Source of the DNA: Mayamaea pseudoterrestris
Lineage: Eukaryota
NCBI GenBank assembly: GCA_027923505.1
Contig: BROI01000028.1
Location: forward strand, 186,001 to 250,000
Length of the DNA: 64,000 bases
Direction: 5' to 3'
Positions 12,001-20,121 of this stretch are shown in pieces. The translations under genes and the position numbers were made by a program. The number at the start of each line of letters is the position of its first letter. The first letter of the stretch is position 1. The notes below the pieces were generated by a model. The model was not told where the DNA came from, did not search any database, and saw only the letters and a list, made by a program, of their open reading frames with translations.

Positions 12001-12209
12001 ATGCAACGGATCAACACGTCATTTTAGCTGAAGGACAACCTTGCCAACCTTCATGGCAAGGTATCTGCTGGTACCGATCAAAGGAGGAAGCCAGAAGGGC
12101 CCTTGAAAAGACGGTGCACATCACCTTTTATGCATATCAGATTAATAAATTTTCGGCGTTGGGAGGACCGGCCAAGCTGCTGCAAGAGATTTTTAAGAAT
12201 TGTAATTAA
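6006..12209 (+). CDS. Large multidomain protein: 2 helicase-associated (HA) domains, PDZ-like segments, possible C2-like and CCCH-like regions
   Basis: 2067-aa ORF. HA signatures WETMFQRF..LAAWIVQQR..LSKERIRQLE and WLDMFHALVAYKEKHG..LSFWLQTQRRLY. PDZ-like G..SGLRVGD and PLGFF..IASVAPNGQA. C-terminal C-x7-C-x6-C-x3-H. Confidence 0.75.
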   Translation: MDRKPPADATIEPQRKKPRRVGVIALEDIKTVIPASQLPWNNRDIEPVGGLRIPSQGIALPFDIDESDPILQNAISETAGATETAASANPERTDAASRVAATNIGLTDGTASSSGDKSQLPTDKTSDQNSINAHDNSQWSDEIYETFPITIAAKGSLSGTLGLYDATPDMIKRFKCHSNQNICKVTGMTPDGIGTASGLRVGDFFVKRIDAATVALEDYESVFDRLKSAERPLTLLIARLRSQSSKELASTVSAQPQAAAGDASTTNALESAPIEAPSQETLAQPTTKEQTAAASSGKDESDELNTSSTRSERTAVAACDKPSLPSGDNSAPSAKGVEDLEWETMFQRFCKVGEGTTELKAGIETDQALAAWIVQQRSLSEHGNGQLSKERIRQLESNGLAFGRPAVSGPDSSSGATSEPCDTVVADKRLIVMNNAPPTVTKRSMQVPTPRSTGVVANQDKGAPTADWLDMFHALVAYKEKHGTFVVPNNVVHCGKNLSFWLQTQRRLYKNKFRNTKPFLSQQKIDLFRSISLDLDPLGRLSNQDNVPGGTNANTEPPSVNLGSERVELELTRASRNAEKMTTRVLSQESENDSVTAASGRPALADSGPETESARQTQGHFSAHEPPSASIAVMNDVVVNDRLSHGLPVTAGDVLPTTPVCEAAERAHKERCLLESRVMSWLDRRICAAEESAYMDEQNVDITLAEKNERRTAFVQENFLKDNVSSPISQSDCLQFASEERKYLEEVSLEIEQAAAIANNMYTQMTLTDTANTATDTRLEVRNNQLKCHSPTNIAKKQFKMKAFLPSFQVLNGMNKPLWTFDDIDKIARSVEAAPNMKLQGALTVKECKDDDSTICLELIGSKEVSEQIMSAIGNVLGRRCRAHEKCGAVIGVDSLVTDIDWTNKDLRLGNPAFVKETYKAPPSLNIVAADRSREAPLKGVSPKVVSYTHFAKKVKDAIDIEWKQSKIASTFVSGRMWARHKRMFGFLCDDACKCVFSLGSLSATVVADKLRDLSKEDWTNPLALTANKMPVGFVSAYADKFLPRLQEKYPLESPAALLGRLVKMWHVHETACNNVCECDANMAMESPSKFVATVDALQSVIPRKRKVYEVEPSSTLLSSGKDTKKAEALATTGGLVANNSEYEVDFRASDPLGFFCVSYENHIHESACKIASVAPNGQARSLDTRIQGGTIIMSASNEGNMERVSTLAHLQELYERAHRNKGSLRLSLSNKDVTTLTMAQAEDLKSHWSSGGKWKDTTLKGWAGESPRLLEYAPVVHPDRLAESAVQVLPTAARTDIPVDAPDARARSKWIMFESTRNVVGHCQAPPILKQRTSAGEKYGTKRVRFPANVIKEYRVYLTDRAPNIFWIENSSGSAGKATTQAPSKEDLLQALQLQGFKETITLLQRGAAADIESPDALTILLKDVINPSLVNTAAQLKINPNDKTLANIHRDLFIKKQLLKICERQILAVKKVKALKKWAMIELQILSIHDLSLNSVAESGSQLVLAVLNRHDEPPIAKLPMMPFASCVKYTESPIYETRVNVLLESRQWDIHVSQRYSNGVQVLLGSVSVSAKFLEEFFQGKNKAGDGEEDWQTVDCDIVPTSTSKLIGGRMLIKFRKVDIDAKVFEKKRKEAIQAIKLMFDWMKQFNIKELHDSEREMYSLSVNMRISQQPLLDTAIQLEEPELIRQAMDLGAVASTSALLLAEKLEENLSSCERSDSNSTSTFTNERRARIKQIINLLGNLESETLQEVLDVTDPPTSTSPSPDRVMLEASPETDAKIVKVQAQPEQDAGPHRKTELSKLPVPDMERPKAPARQWNSLPLVAASCRQKETSELSDLNLERPQPRERSPTQLSAETGFRREPEASERPELDLDWPQQREQSPSTLASRKEVDTPVLPGLDLERWILSRDRKHACCSHQYRGGCRSARTNCRFIHINSLWGPANFESLWSSSKSSFTAEVERLVDRHATYRTWEAGNGTEWFTAKYSSVATGENSRHATDQHVILAEGQPCQPSWQGICWYRSKEEARRALEKTVHITFYAYQINKFSALGGPAKLLQEIFKNCN

Positions 12210-12597
12210 CTTTAGTTTGGTTATACCGGTTGTTATAAAGTCCAGATAACACAAGTCGCGTGGTCAATCAAAGACATGAAAGGCGATCGCGCGCTGCGCA
12301 CAAACATCATCAAGCATTTCAAGTCTTGTAGCAGAGCTTTACAGACCTATAAGAGTGGACGATGCAAAGATGCTTGACTACAAATGCGACAGCTGATCAA
12401 TGTGCACACCAACTGGGGACGGGCGCCTTATTGAGCAGGTTGGTAGGAATCCGATCTCAGGGAATTGCCATTAAGAAGCGCGCGCGCAAAATCGTTAACT
12501 ACGTAGTTGAAATATATGATACATTAGTTAAACTTGCTTGTGTGGGTGTAAACAAGAAAAAAGTTTACGAACGCTGTGTTCGTCTGGCTGACAAAAA

Positions 12598-12670
12598 TGG
12601 AAGACAGCGGAATCGAACCGCTGACCTCGTGCATGCTAAGCACGCGCTCTACCAACTGAGCTAGACTCCC
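12598..12670 (-). tRNA. trnA-AGC: tRNA-Ala (anticodon AGC)
   Basis: GGGAGTCTAGCTCAGTTGGTAGAGCGCGTGCTTAGCATGCACGAGGTCAGCGGTTCGATTCCGCTGTCTTCCA folds as a cloverleaf with the G3:U70 Ala identity pair and TTCGA T-loop. A T5 Pol III terminator follows directly. Confidence 0.97.
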
Positions 12671-12878
12671 TTGTGATTGTTGATGGAATGTGTTGGTTAT
12701 TGTAGTCTGCACCGCAGATGTTCATTCTTTGTGGTCGATTTCACACGTTGGCTCGTCGAACTTCGCAAACGTGCACCTCGGCAACAAACCTTGAACTGCA
12801 CAACTTCGACTTCCATCACAAAAAGAAGCATCGGACTGCATTCTGCCAACGACAATTGCGCCATCAAGACGAGCAGCA

Positions 12879-14975
12879 ATGACAGCAACAGCAACAACAA
12901 CAACGACAACAGGAGTCTCACCGTTGGAAGGCATTGTGCAATCCCAACTCAACTACCTCGATGACACTGACTGCTACGCCACTGCCTGGCGCGAAGCTCT
13001 CCTTCATTCCAACGGGCGCTGGGGTGGCAGAGGCAAGGGAGGACGCGCCCTTGGACGGCGAACCACCCAGCCGCACGATGTTGTCGTGAGCGACGTTTCG
13101 CTTGCCTATGTTGGAAACGCGGCAGGTTCCTGTACTTTGCTGTTGGAGAATGCGCAGCTAAAGCTTTTATCCGGTCATGTTTACTGTCTCCTTGGAAAGA
13201 ATGGATCAGGCAAATCGTCGCTGCTAAGACGTATCGCATCTGGAAGGATTCCTGGATTTCCTCCACATGTCAATGTGTTGTACATTCCACAGGAGATTGT
13301 ATGCAACAGTCAAGACTTGACCCCGTTGGAGTATTTGCTACAAATATACAAAGCGCAAGCGAAAGTGTCAAAGGAAGCCGTGCAGGCCGACATTGAGCAG
13401 TTGGAAACGCTAATCGATAATTTGAATGTTGAAGACGAAGAAGAGCAACGGCAATTGGAAGAGCTTGGAGAAAAGTTATCGAGCTTGGAGGAGCAACTGA
13501 TTGACGAACCACACCATGCTTTGCAACGAAAGATGGAGGACGCACTTGAATTCATGACAGTCTCATCCAAATATTGGAGCGCTTCGTTAAGAATTCTTTC
13601 GCCGGGCGTACAAAAGAAGATTATGCTTGCAGTCGCAATGCTATGTCCTTGTAACTTGCTGTTGCTGGACGAGCCTGCAACACATTTGGATGTTTCCGGC
13701 CTACTGCAGTTGCGACGGCTCGTTGAGTTTGTAACTGCGTCGCAGAACGACTCTGGACACCCGGCGACTGTGTTGATGACTTCGCACGACCTTGATCTCA
13801 TTAATGATGCAGCTACGGATGTCATTGAGCTTTCGAATGCGCAGCTTTACTATTCTCCTGGCAACTACGATGCATACCTTGGTTACAAGCAGCAACATGA
13901 CATTCATTCGTTGCGGCAGACGGCTGCATTGGACAGGAAGCAAAACGACATGGCCAAGACGCTGGAGAATCTCAAGAAGCAAGCCGTTTCGAAACGTGGA
14001 GGCGCCAACAAGATTGGGAAGCAGATTGACTCGCACCGCAAGAAGATGGAGAAGGAAGGGATTAATGCTGACGCTAAGGGACATCGCTGGACGGCACAAA
14101 ACACCGGGAGTGGTATCAAGGCAGGCTCGATTAATTCCATTGATGCATCGACGAGACGGAACATGACGACGCAGGAGCTGCTCAAGATGGCGCAACAGTC
14201 GGTGCGTCCGCCTCCCGACAAGGGCGTGCAATTTGCTTTTCGAAACCCGTCAAGTGAGTGGGGCGAGCCGCTGATACGAGCATTTAGCGTCGGGCATGCA
14301 TACGATATACCCGCCAACGGTAGCGACGATAAAGTAGTATTCGACCCGCTACGTGCTCGGGATGGCTACCTCTTTGATAATGTGGACTTGTGCGTCGAGG
14401 AACATGGTCGATACTGCATCCTTGGCGAGTCCAACTCTGGCAAGTCTGTACTGTTGCGTCTATTGGCTAAACTTGAGGAGCCGCTTGAAGGAAGCATTCA
14501 CCATGCGCTAAATGTTGATATTGGATACATGGATCAGCGGATGGTGGACGGCATGATAGAAACGTCAATGGAGGACGAGACTGCACTCTCGTATCTTACA
14601 CGAATGTACCCAATGAAAAAGGACCAAGAGCTTCGGACCGAACTCATTTCCTTTGGATTGTCGACAAAGCAATCATGCATGAGCGTGCGATTCTTGAGCG
14701 GAGGTGAGCGACGCCGTTTGGCAATGGCATTTATTATGCTTCGCGATCCGCAAGTGCTAATCCTCGACCAGCCAACAGCCGACTTGGACCCAATGTCAGT
14801 AGAGGCCTTGATTCATGGACTAAAAAATTGGAAAGGGACGCTGATACTATCGACGCATGACACTCATTTCTTGAGGTCGCTCGAAGTCGATTGCTACGCG
14901 CTTGTGGATGGACGCCTTCGGCATGTTGTGGGAGGCGTCGACCAGTATTTGCGATCGTTTGCGGAGGCGAAATAA
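12879..14975 (+). CDS. ABC-F family ATPase (two NBDs, no TM domain)
   Basis: NBD1: GKNGSGKS and LLLLDEP. NBD2: GESNSGKS, LSGGE and LILDQP. ABCF linker GNYDAY is present. Confidence 0.9.
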   Translation: MTATATTTTTTGVSPLEGIVQSQLNYLDDTDCYATAWREALLHSNGRWGGRGKGGRALGRRTTQPHDVVVSDVSLAYVGNAAGSCTLLLENAQLKLLSGHVYCLLGKNGSGKSSLLRRIASGRIPGFPPHVNVLYIPQEIVCNSQDLTPLEYLLQIYKAQAKVSKEAVQADIEQLETLIDNLNVEDEEEQRQLEELGEKLSSLEEQLIDEPHHALQRKMEDALEFMTVSSKYWSASLRILSPGVQKKIMLAVAMLCPCNLLLLDEPATHLDVSGLLQLRRLVEFVTASQNDSGHPATVLMTSHDLDLINDAATDVIELSNAQLYYSPGNYDAYLGYKQQHDIHSLRQTAALDRKQNDMAKTLENLKKQAVSKRGGANKIGKQIDSHRKKMEKEGINADAKGHRWTAQNTGSGIKAGSINSIDASTRRNMTTQELLKMAQQSVRPPPDKGVQFAFRNPSSEWGEPLIRAFSVGHAYDIPANGSDDKVVFDPLRARDGYLFDNVDLCVEEHGRYCILGESNSGKSVLLRLLAKLEEPLEGSIHHALNVDIGYMDQRMVDGMIETSMEDETALSYLTRMYPMKKDQELRTELISFGLSTKQSCMSVRFLSGGERRRLAMAFIMLRDPQVLILDQPTADLDPMSVEALIHGLKNWKGTLILSTHDTHFLRSLEVDCYALVDGRLRHVVGGVDQYLRSFAEAK

Positions 14976-15326
14976 TGCAATATTATCATAGAGCTTATTA
15001 TAGACTCAGCAGACTGTGGACACAAGTATGTAGGCTCGTCGGCATAGGTGCAAGTACAGTAGCTAACTGCACCTTTTCGCCATCTCCGATCTTCAGTCAT
15101 GGTTCAACTTTGGCGCGAACGTCTGTCCGGCGATCGCTCAAGGTGCGTCACTTTGTGCGGTCACCACGGCATCGCAATGCTGACGACCCTTTGGTGGATG
15201 GAGGAGCCATCGACCTTGATCTGTTGTTGCTCACCGCCTCGTTCCATCATCCACGCATCAGCCCTTGATCAAGCAAAGTTTGCATAGCAGCAGCAAGTCT
15301 TAAAGCCTATTTTCATAATTTGTACG

Positions 15327-16561
15327 ATGCGTTTATCACTTGCTGTTGCAGTTTTACTTTCGTCGGCTTCTTCGGCCTCGGCCTATTCCTCGTCATCATG
15401 GGGCGTTCCAAAGTCAAGCAAGCTGTTTAGCACTGTCGAAGGCACGTCCGTGGGCGTTGACATTCCCATTCTATCGACGGAGCAAGCCGTGGTAGAAGTT
15501 GAGTCAAACGCACCAGTTACTATTTCTGGTGCCGCCATTAAGGAGCGACTGGAGAGCATGCTCCAGAAGCTGCAAAAGAAGGATGCGACATCCAGACAAC
15601 TTAGTAAAGAGGTGAGTCATTGGAATAAAGGTTCATGTGTAAGCGATAAATGTCTATTGCTGCGACATACAAAGCTTATCAAATGCACAGCACAGCCTTT
15701 CTTTTTGAATGGTATTAATAGCAGTAAAGGGACTCATCTCACTCTATCACTATTAAAATTCTGCAGGACCTTGAAGTGGTGTTTGAGGATGAGCACATTG
15801 TCGTCATCAACAAACCCACCAATGTTCTTACTGTCACTAGCAATGGTGATCACCCAAACCTTGCGCAATCCGTTTTCGACGCCATTGGCTGCGAAGCCAG
15901 TCGGGCCGACATGATGGTGGTGCACCGACTCGGCATGGACACATCCGGTTTGATTGTCTTTGCCAAGACAACGGAAGCGCTACGAAACATGCACACTGCC
16001 TTTAGAACTCGCACCATTGAACGAAAGTACGAGGCACTGGTTTGCGGACACGTGGAAAAGGACGAGGGTATGATTGATTTGCCGCTGATGCGGGACTACG
16101 TCTTTCCTCCATTCATGCGAGTCTCGACGGATGAGCACCAACAAAATCTTCTTCAAGTCGACCCTGAGGAACTCGACAAGAAGTACTTACAAGCACCCAA
16201 GGAGAGTCTCACCAAGTTTAGCGTGATTGCCCGCGAGGAGCTTGAGGGACAACCCGTCACTCGTGTCGCGCTCACTAGCATTTCTGGACGAACTCACCAG
16301 TTGAACGTTCATCTGGCAGCCTTTGGTCATCCCATTGTCGGCGACACGGTGTACGGAGTCAACGGCTGGGCGGCACGCGACGGTGGCTTGACGGAAGATG
16401 AGCTAAGTGTCATGGTGCCGAATGCGTCACGAGCGAGCCTTGATTTGCAAAAGGCGATTAGCAACGTTGCCAAGACACCCTGCGTGCACGCCAAATCGTT
16501 GAAATTTCGACACCCAGTGACATTGGAAGAGCTTTCCTTGTCGGTAGATGCTCCTTTTTAA
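15327..16561 (+). CDS. Plastid-targeted RluA-family pseudouridine synthase-like protein; intron 15612-15766
   Basis: Signal peptide with ASA-Y cleavage. Motifs VINKP, HRLGMDTSG, RKYEALV and GRTHQLNVHLAAFGHPIVGD. A GTGAGT...CTGCAG intron joins the two ORFs in frame. Confidence 0.85.
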
Positions 16562-16621
16562 GAGTTAGTAGCTAGCTATTGCTTGAAAAATATATGACTT
16601 TTGTACAGTAGTTATATACAT

Positions 16622-17755
16622 TTATTGCTCGACTGGGTCTCTGTCAGCAACGGCTGCTACAAGCGCGACCAAGTCCAGTTTTGCTGGTATGCCTGGTCGA
16701 TATAACAGCACGGTATGGCCTACCGTTTGAGCAACATGCGCTTGCAATTCTTTGGCTATTCGTTCTCCCAGTCGCTGGACCAACTTCTTCCTCTTGACTG
16801 CCTTGTTCAGCTGAAGCAAGACCAGCTCCTGGCTCCAGAGAACAGAGTCAACATGCTCCATCCATTTTGGCGGCAATTCCAGCGAGTCGACGGCTTGTTC
16901 TTGCTCATCTTGAGCAACATCCACGTCGACCGACGATGCACCCCATGTCACCTTGGTCATGCTTCCATTTTGCTTCTTGCGAGCTGCCAGTGATCTCAGC
17001 GCTGATCGCATCGCTCCATTCACATGCTCATAGCCGGCAATTTCGGGACGAGGAGTAATGCGTTTGACAAAGTTGGTTACCAAGTCGGAACATGCTTTTT
17101 GTAGAGCGCCTTCAGCCATGACAACAGGAATGCCTGCATTTTCCAAAAGCTTGACGCCTCCGCCATCGACGCGTGGATTGGGATCGCGGAATCCAATCAC
17201 GACGCGACTTGGTTTTGCCAATACCAGGGACGCCGCGCAAGGAGGAGTCTTTCCGTGGTGACAGCATGGTTCCAATGTAACGTAGGCAGTCACCATGGGA
17301 GTCTCGTCGTTGCCGACCAACAAGCAGTCTTGAAACATTGTTTGCGGGCCCATCTCTTCTGCATATTTTCGAGTAAACTCGTCTGCCACTTTCAAAAGAG
17401 CATCATCATCATTTCTATTTACCACTCCCTTTGCCAAAGCGACTCCATCTGGAACATGCTGCGCTGCCTGAAGCAAGGCAAAGACTTCGGCGTGCGGATA
17501 TCCAGCTCGCGGATGAAAGCCTTGTCCAATGACTTCCTTGGTATCATCCCTCACCAAAACACAGCCGACTGCAGGATTTGGAAACGTATGACCCAATCCA
17601 TGTTTTGCACAGTCAATCGCTAGCTTGAGAAAACGTTCGTCGTCGTCGGATGTGAGTGCTGAGCGAGCAATGAGCGATGATGATTGTGGAAGCTGCGGAA
17701 CGAATGCAGTAGAAAAACGAACGCAGGAAGCGAATAGAATAATTTGGTAGCGCAT
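16622..17755 (-). CDS. ribD: Plastid-targeted RibD/PyrD pyrimidine deaminase fused to a C-terminal CRM (YhbY/CRS1) domain
   Basis: Presequence MRYQIILF...STAFVP. Deaminase motifs PNPAVG, HAE, TLEPCCHHGKTPPC and DPNPRV. The C-terminus (RSALRSLA...ELVLLQL...IAKELQAHVAQTVGHTVLLYRP) matches CRM. Confidence 0.85.
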   Translation of the reverse strand: MRYQIILFASCVRFSTAFVPQLPQSSSLIARSALTSDDDERFLKLAIDCAKHGLGHTFPNPAVGCVLVRDDTKEVIGQGFHPRAGYPHAEVFALLQAAQHVPDGVALAKGVVNRNDDDALLKVADEFTRKYAEEMGPQTMFQDCLLVGNDETPMVTAYVTLEPCCHHGKTPPCAASLVLAKPSRVVIGFRDPNPRVDGGGVKLLENAGIPVVMAEGALQKACSDLVTNFVKRITPRPEIAGYEHVNGAMRSALRSLAARKKQNGSMTKVTWGASSVDVDVAQDEQEQAVDSLELPPKWMEHVDSVLWSQELVLLQLNKAVKRKKLVQRLGERIAKELQAHVAQTVGHTVLLYRPGIPAKLDLVALVAAVADRDPVEQ

Positions 17756-17964
17756 ATCTAGTCGTTTGATTGTAGTGACAGCGAGTCTGGCAAGCATCCC
17801 AATGTGGGCCAGCTCCAATGCAAGCACTTTGATGTATTATGGATGACCATCGCACGGTGAACGAATCCATCAAACAAGAGTCGCAGTGGTTCTGATATTT
17901 GTCGCAGCGATTTTCAGTTGTGTGCGCCTAGCAAACGCCGCGACTTGAACACCGCTTTATCTCT

Positions 17965-18853
17965 ATGTCAATGGCACACCCTGGACACGTTTTGCCTGAC
18001 TCATTGGGTCGTTGAGTGGCCAGGGCATGGGCATCCTAGTGGTATGATTCCATAAATTGGGGTGTTGGCCACACCCATCCTGTCCATGGTGTAGACATCC
18101 GAGCAGTCCTTTTTGCACCATTTGAGACCATGCTCATGTCAATGGCACACCCTGGACATGTTTTGCCTGACTCATTGAGCGGCACCATGTAACAATGCCT
18201 GTCAACTGCCAGCTATCAACTTATACCTCTCTGGCCATTGGAGGTGGGTCATGGCAGCCAGCTACTGTGGACAAGCCTGGGGCCACAAAAGTCAGGCAGT
18301 CCCTGTGGCAGAACTTGGAGACTGCATGGGCAAGTGATGAATGCATTGCATTTTCTACCTCATGAAATTATGCCTGCCAACTGCCAGCTATCGATGTATA
18401 CCTCTCTGGCCATTGGAGTGGGTCATGGCAGTTAGCTACCGGGGACAAGCCTGGGGCCATGACATTCAGGCAGTCCTACTGGCAGGACTTGGAGACTAAA
18501 TAATGTATTGCACAAAGAATGCATCATGAAACAATGCCTGTCAACTTTGATTTATACCTCTCTGGCCGTTGGAGTGGGTTATGGCAGCCAGCTGTTGGGG
18601 ACACGCCTGAGCCTAAGAATTCTAGCATTCCCTGTGGCAGAAGGCAGAGACTAGATGGGCTAGAAATGAATACATTACCCTTTCTACATCACAAAAGAAT
18701 GCCTGATCACTGTCAGCCAACATTTTATACTTTAGCGGCCTATTACTGAGGAGACGTTTTGCCTTCCACTTCAAGCAGTCCCAGCTGCGGCAGAACTGAG
18801 AGACTACCGGCCGATGGGCTAGTGACGAATGCATGGCACTTTCTACTTCATAA
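17965..18853. repeat. Degenerate tandem repeat tract: a 42-bp direct repeat pair plus four ~165-175-bp units
   Basis: 17965-18006 and 18136-18177 differ by one base. Units beginning ATGCCTG at ~18195, 18370, 18534 and 18699 share parts of TATACCTCTCTGGCC, GGCAG..C..GGAGACT and ATGAAT.CATT. Confidence 0.85.
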
Positions 18854-18919
18854 AGCAGAGTAATACAAAATGGTACTTATAGTTAATTTATGATTCTAAT
18901 CTCTTTTCAATCCAACCTT

Positions 18920-19855
18920 CTACTTCTTGTTGGTGTGGGCACCCTCGCCCAAAAGTACCTGTACGCGCTTGATGGCAGCTTCGTCTTCCATGACGACAAA
19001 GCCATTGCCAGCAGCAGCGAGGAAACGGAATTGGTTCTGAGTAGCGAGCGCGAAGACTGACTTGGCGAGAGACTTCTTTGCCGCTTTTCCATTCTTGGTC
19101 AAATCGTAACTCATGTACTCCTCCTTGAGGCTGGGGCGAGTGCCCGTCGATTCGGTCAAGAATGAGAGAAACTCGACGTTGCCGGTATGGTTGTTCGCGT
19201 CCTTGCTTTTGCCCGGGCGAACGTCCAATGGACGTGGGACAATGAATGGTCCACTGGAGGCTGTTGTCGTGTTGATAAGCGTAGGCGCCGTCATGTCGAC
19301 GTCGGGTTCGTTTTCATCATCGTCACCTTCATAAAGAGTGAAGAGCGTCGACTTCTCGGGAATCAAAGGCTTGAACTCGGGAAAACGGAGCTCGGCGTCG
19401 TCGACTTCCTCGGTCGTCGTCGACATGGGCGCAACCATTGTCTTCTTGGGCACAGGTCCTCCCTTTTTCGGCGGCTCACGGTTGCGAAGATTGGAAAGCG
19501 GCGCCGCCTCGGGAGCCAAAGACTTGTACAGGGGATAATGGAGATCCGCGAGGCGAAATGTCTTGGTCGACATCTTCCCATACTTCGCCTTTGTCTCCTT
19601 ACGCACGGGTCCATCCTTCTTCGGCTGCTCAGGATTGCCGCTGCGAACGGGCGCCGTCAAATTCAAGGAACGAAGTGGAATGGTGGAATTCTTCGCCTTC
19701 GTCTTCTTGCGCACAGGTCCATCCTTGTTCGGCTGCTTAGGATTGCCGCTGCGAACGGGCGGCGCCTTCATCGCAAAGGTTTGAAGCGAAAAGGTGGGAC
19801 ACTTGCGGGTCGGGTGGCGCTGAGTCGAGCGTTTGGCAGTAGTAGTGGCAGACAT
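18920..19855 (-). CDS. DUF6824-like protein with internal basic repeats
   Basis: C-terminal PRPLDVRPGK...NHTGNVEF...Y...K..LAKSV...RFL...EDEAAIKRVQVLL. The N-terminal PVRSGNP.QP.KDGPVRK.TKAK is repeated. Confidence 0.75.
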   Translation of the reverse strand: MSATTTAKRSTQRHPTRKCPTFSLQTFAMKAPPVRSGNPKQPNKDGPVRKKTKAKNSTIPLRSLNLTAPVRSGNPEQPKKDGPVRKETKAKYGKMSTKTFRLADLHYPLYKSLAPEAAPLSNLRNREPPKKGGPVPKKTMVAPMSTTTEEVDDAELRFPEFKPLIPEKSTLFTLYEGDDDENEPDVDMTAPTLINTTTASSGPFIVPRPLDVRPGKSKDANNHTGNVEFLSFLTESTGTRPSLKEEYMSYDLTKNGKAAKKSLAKSVFALATQNQFRFLAAAGNGFVVMEDEAAIKRVQVLLGEGAHTNKK

Positions 19856-20121
19856 CTTGATAAGTACTTGTTAATAAGGGCGAGTGAGTGTTTGTAAAAG
19901 CGGAGATGGCGTGTGCGTCGTCTTGCTTTCGAAATTTGTGATGGGCAAGTCGACTGAGCGCATCGCCAAAAGAAAACGGTCTTTCGCCAGATCGATAGTG
20001 TCACTGCGGTATTTGATGTGGTACTTGATGCGACACGACACGACGATAACGACTCCAAAGCTGTGAGATGATGATGTAACGGTAGATGGAACAAGTTGCC
20101 TGACGGAACATCCAGACGACA

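Noticed and set aside
12870..12912. CAA/CAG-rich run as a functional repeat
   Set aside because: It is a short imperfect trinucleotide run encoding poly-Thr at the ABC-F N-terminus, which is ordinary low complexity.
17965..18853. Repeat tract as a CRISPR array or intact transposon
   Set aside because: The units are long and degenerate without unique spacers. There is no cas, transposase or RT ORF, no clear TIR or LTR, and the context is eukaryotic.
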